Below, in pieces: positions 61,940-64,000 of a DNA stretch of 64,000 nucleotides. How positions within the stretch are numbered: the first letter of the stretch is position 1; each line of letters opens with the position of its first letter. Source of the DNA: Alphaproteobacteria bacterium (GTDB lineage Bacteria > Pseudomonadota > Alphaproteobacteria > SP197). A program made the position numbers and the translations under genes. The notes beneath the pieces are model-generated. The model ran no database searches and was not told the origin of the DNA. It saw only the letters and a program-made list of their open reading frames with translations. Where the stretch lies: positions 1,280,001 to 1,344,000 of the forward strand of contig OZ219920.1 in the NCBI GenBank assembly GCA_964291415.2, in the 5' to 3' direction.

Positions 61940-62092
61940 ATGGACCACATTTCGGGCAGCCGAGAAGGTGTCCAGTTCGTGCACGCCAGCCTCCGCCGTA
62001 CGGTCAAGCGCGGCCGTCCGCCTGTTGAGCAGGAGAGTGCGGCACGAGCCGTGCTCGAACAGGCCGAACTGCTGTCCGACGGCTGGGCGTCA
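61940..62092 (+). pseudogene. type I RM endonuclease HsdR C-terminal remnant
   Basis: LRRTVKR-GRPPVEQESAARAVLEQAELLSDGWA resembles the HsdR tail LR..VKR.L...GYPPD.QE.A...VLEQAELL...W. Confidence 0.7.
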
Positions 62093-62150
62093 GTCCTTCT
62101 TGCGACCCGCCTGTCACTCCCGAAGATGCGGCAAATGGAGAGTCCGGCCG

Positions 62151-63269
62151 TCAGGCGAGCAGGGCCGCCTTGCAATCTTTCCACGCCATGGCGTTGATGT
62201 GCTGTGCCGGTGCCTCACGCCCGGCGACATAGCGGTTGTGGTGCTGACGGGCACACTTGAGATTCTCGTACTGCACCGCCGTCATCTCGTTGTCCTCGCG
62301 ATAGGTGTCATCCCAGATCCTGAACCAGCCTTCGAGCCGTTCCTCGTCTGCTCCCCTGCGCGCCATGTAGAAGGCGGTGTGCCGCGTCAGGCCGGGTTCC
62401 AGCGGCGTCATGCCGGTCATGTGCATGAACTCATCCTGCGCGATGTAGGTCATGCCGGGAAAAAGCTGGAACGAGATATAGCTGTTCGCCATCAGGTCGT
62501 TGGCCGACCTTTCTGTCGGGCCCGTGAACGTGTACGACGTGAAGCCCTCGCCCAGGCGCATGTCGGTCAGACCGGGGTCCACGTTGAAGGCCTTGCCGAA
62601 GGATTCCGAGTGGATGTTGGGACAGTGGTAGCACTCGGTACCGTTGTCGTACCACAGCTTCCAATTGGTGGGGATGTCGTAGACGACCTCCCTGTAGGGG
62701 ATCCAGTCGTCCGTATCGATGTCGAATCCGGTCTCGCGGGCCGTGCGGAACATCTCCGGGTAGGTATCGCGCAGGGGTGCCGCATCGGGGTCGGGATGGA
62801 CCAGCACCATGGCGCCCCACTCGTCGACTGCCACCCGTCTGAGACCAAGGTCTGCAGAACAGAACCCGGCCTCTCCGGCGGCATCAGGCGCATGAGCCAA
62901 CGAACCATCGAGGTTGTAGGACCACCCGTGGTACCGGCAGACGAGGCGCACGCAGGAACGCTTGTCCCTCTCGACGACGGTGTAGCCGCGATGCCGGCAG
63001 ACATTGAGAAATCCGTTGAGGCGCCCGTCACGGCCGCGCACGACGACGACAGGATAGCGTCCAACCTGTCTCACCGCCGCATCTCCCGGATTCTTCACCT
63101 TGTGGAGCGGGCAGAAGAACTGCCAGCGCCGCGCAAAGATCGCTTCGAGCTCGAGACTGAAGATGTCCGGATCCGAGTAGAATCGGGTGGGCAGACTCCA
63201 GTTCTCCGCAAGTCTGCGGTCAATCTCCTCGATATCGATGCCCAGTGCAGCTGCTGAATGCGATGTCAT
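62151..63269 (-). CDS. Rieske ring-hydroxylating oxygenase alpha subunit (choline monooxygenase-like)
   Basis: NVCRHRG, CRYHGWSY, NWKL..DN..ECYHC...H and ED. Confidence 0.92.
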   Translation of the reverse strand: MTSHSAAALGIDIEEIDRRLAENWSLPTRFYSDPDIFSLELEAIFARRWQFFCPLHKVKNPGDAAVRQVGRYPVVVVRGRDGRLNGFLNVCRHRGYTVVERDKRSCVRLVCRYHGWSYNLDGSLAHAPDAAGEAGFCSADLGLRRVAVDEWGAMVLVHPDPDAAPLRDTYPEMFRTARETGFDIDTDDWIPYREVVYDIPTNWKLWYDNGTECYHCPNIHSESFGKAFNVDPGLTDMRLGEGFTSYTFTGPTERSANDLMANSYISFQLFPGMTYIAQDEFMHMTGMTPLEPGLTRHTAFYMARRGADEERLEGWFRIWDDTYREDNEMTAVQYENLKCARQHHNRYVAGREAPAQHINAMAWKDCKAALLA

Positions 63270-63280
63270 CAGGACCTCCG

Positions 63281-64000
63281 CTACAGGTCGAGGTTCTTGT
63301 CGTCGCCATGAGCCTGGCGATAACGCAGCGCCGCATACTCACCATAGGTGATGGGCGGGTACTTCGGCTGACACCCCGCCTGGCGAAACGGTTCCAGGCA
63401 CTCGATGGTGGTATCACGCGGCAGATTGTGGAAGTAGGCGATCGACTGGCGGCGCGTGGGCCTTGTCGAGTCACGCGGCGGGTTGACCACTCGGTGCCGG
63501 GTCGACACCCAGTGATCATCGGTCCAGCGCATCATCGCGTCCCCGATGTTGACCACGAATGTGCCGGCCACGTGGGGGACGGCACACCAGGAACCGTCCC
63601 GTTTGAGGACTTCAAGACCGCCCGGCGCATCATCCGTCGCGAGAATTGTCAGGACGCCATAGTCCGAGTGGGCGCCGGCCCGCAACTGGCCCGGACGTGG
63701 CGGGCAGGTCTGCTCCGGATAGTTGATGACCCTCAATGACGACAGATGCCCCTCAAAAAGCTCGTCGAAACTGTCGGCGTCAAGATCGAGGGCCCTGGCG
63801 AAAACATGGCGCAATGTCCGCGCCAGATCCGACATCGCCCGGTAATACGCCCGCCACGCCAACTCCAGATCCACCGGCTCGCGAGGCCACGCGTCGCCGT
63901 GGAATCCTGGTCCGAAGTCAAGGGTCTCCTTGAAGTCGCCGATCGATTCCGCACCCAGGGTGGCGCCAAGCGCTTCGGCGCCACGCCCGAAATACATCAA
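63281..64000 (-). CDS. isopenicillin N synthase-like 2OG-Fe(II) oxygenase (5' end outside window)
   Basis: LRVINYP, GAHSDYG.LTIL, GGLEV, NIGD, STRHRV and RQSIAYF motifs. Confidence 0.9.
   Translation of the reverse strand: MMYFGRGAEALGATLGAESIGDFKETLDFGPGFHGDAWPREPVDLELAWRAYYRAMSDLARTLRHVFARALDLDADSFDELFEGHLSSLRVINYPEQTCPPRPGQLRAGAHSDYGVLTILATDDAPGGLEVLKRDGSWCAVPHVAGTFVVNIGDAMMRWTDDHWVSTRHRVVNPPRDSTRPTRRQSIAYFHNLPRDTTIECLEPFRQAGCQPKYPPITYGEYAALRYRQAHGDDKNLDL

Overview
GC-rich bacterial chromosomal window, most likely alphaproteobacterial (divergent recG / sdhE-mfd arrangement, a SAM-II/SAM_alpha-like riboswitch, Asp-type HemB). Most of it is housekeeping and organic-substrate catabolism: mfd, recG, a BMP-type ABC transporter, Lhr helicase-PdeM, DsbA-like proteins, IorAB, a PotABCD-like transporter with aminotransferase, LLM, dipeptidase, CoA ligase and PhyH enzymes, glutaryl-CoA dehydrogenase, hemB, penicillin acylase, hutG, a non-pyrrolysine MttB/GcvT-like cluster, and Rieske and 2OG oxygenases. 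The standout is an accessory patch at about 59.3-62.1 kb. An intact, transposase-less tnpB is bounded by 25-bp terminal inverted repeats (59554-59578 / 60858-60882) with CATG on both sides, which resembles DDE-type ends more than IS200/IS605 ends. The right TIR appears to double as the pseudoknotted 3' end of the omegaRNA. The element sits inside a decayed type I restriction-modification locus whose only intact survivors are a HEPN-MNT pair. Also notable is a SAM-II riboswitch with no methionine gene downstream, ahead of hemB. All calls come from reading motifs by eye; no searches or folding programs were run.
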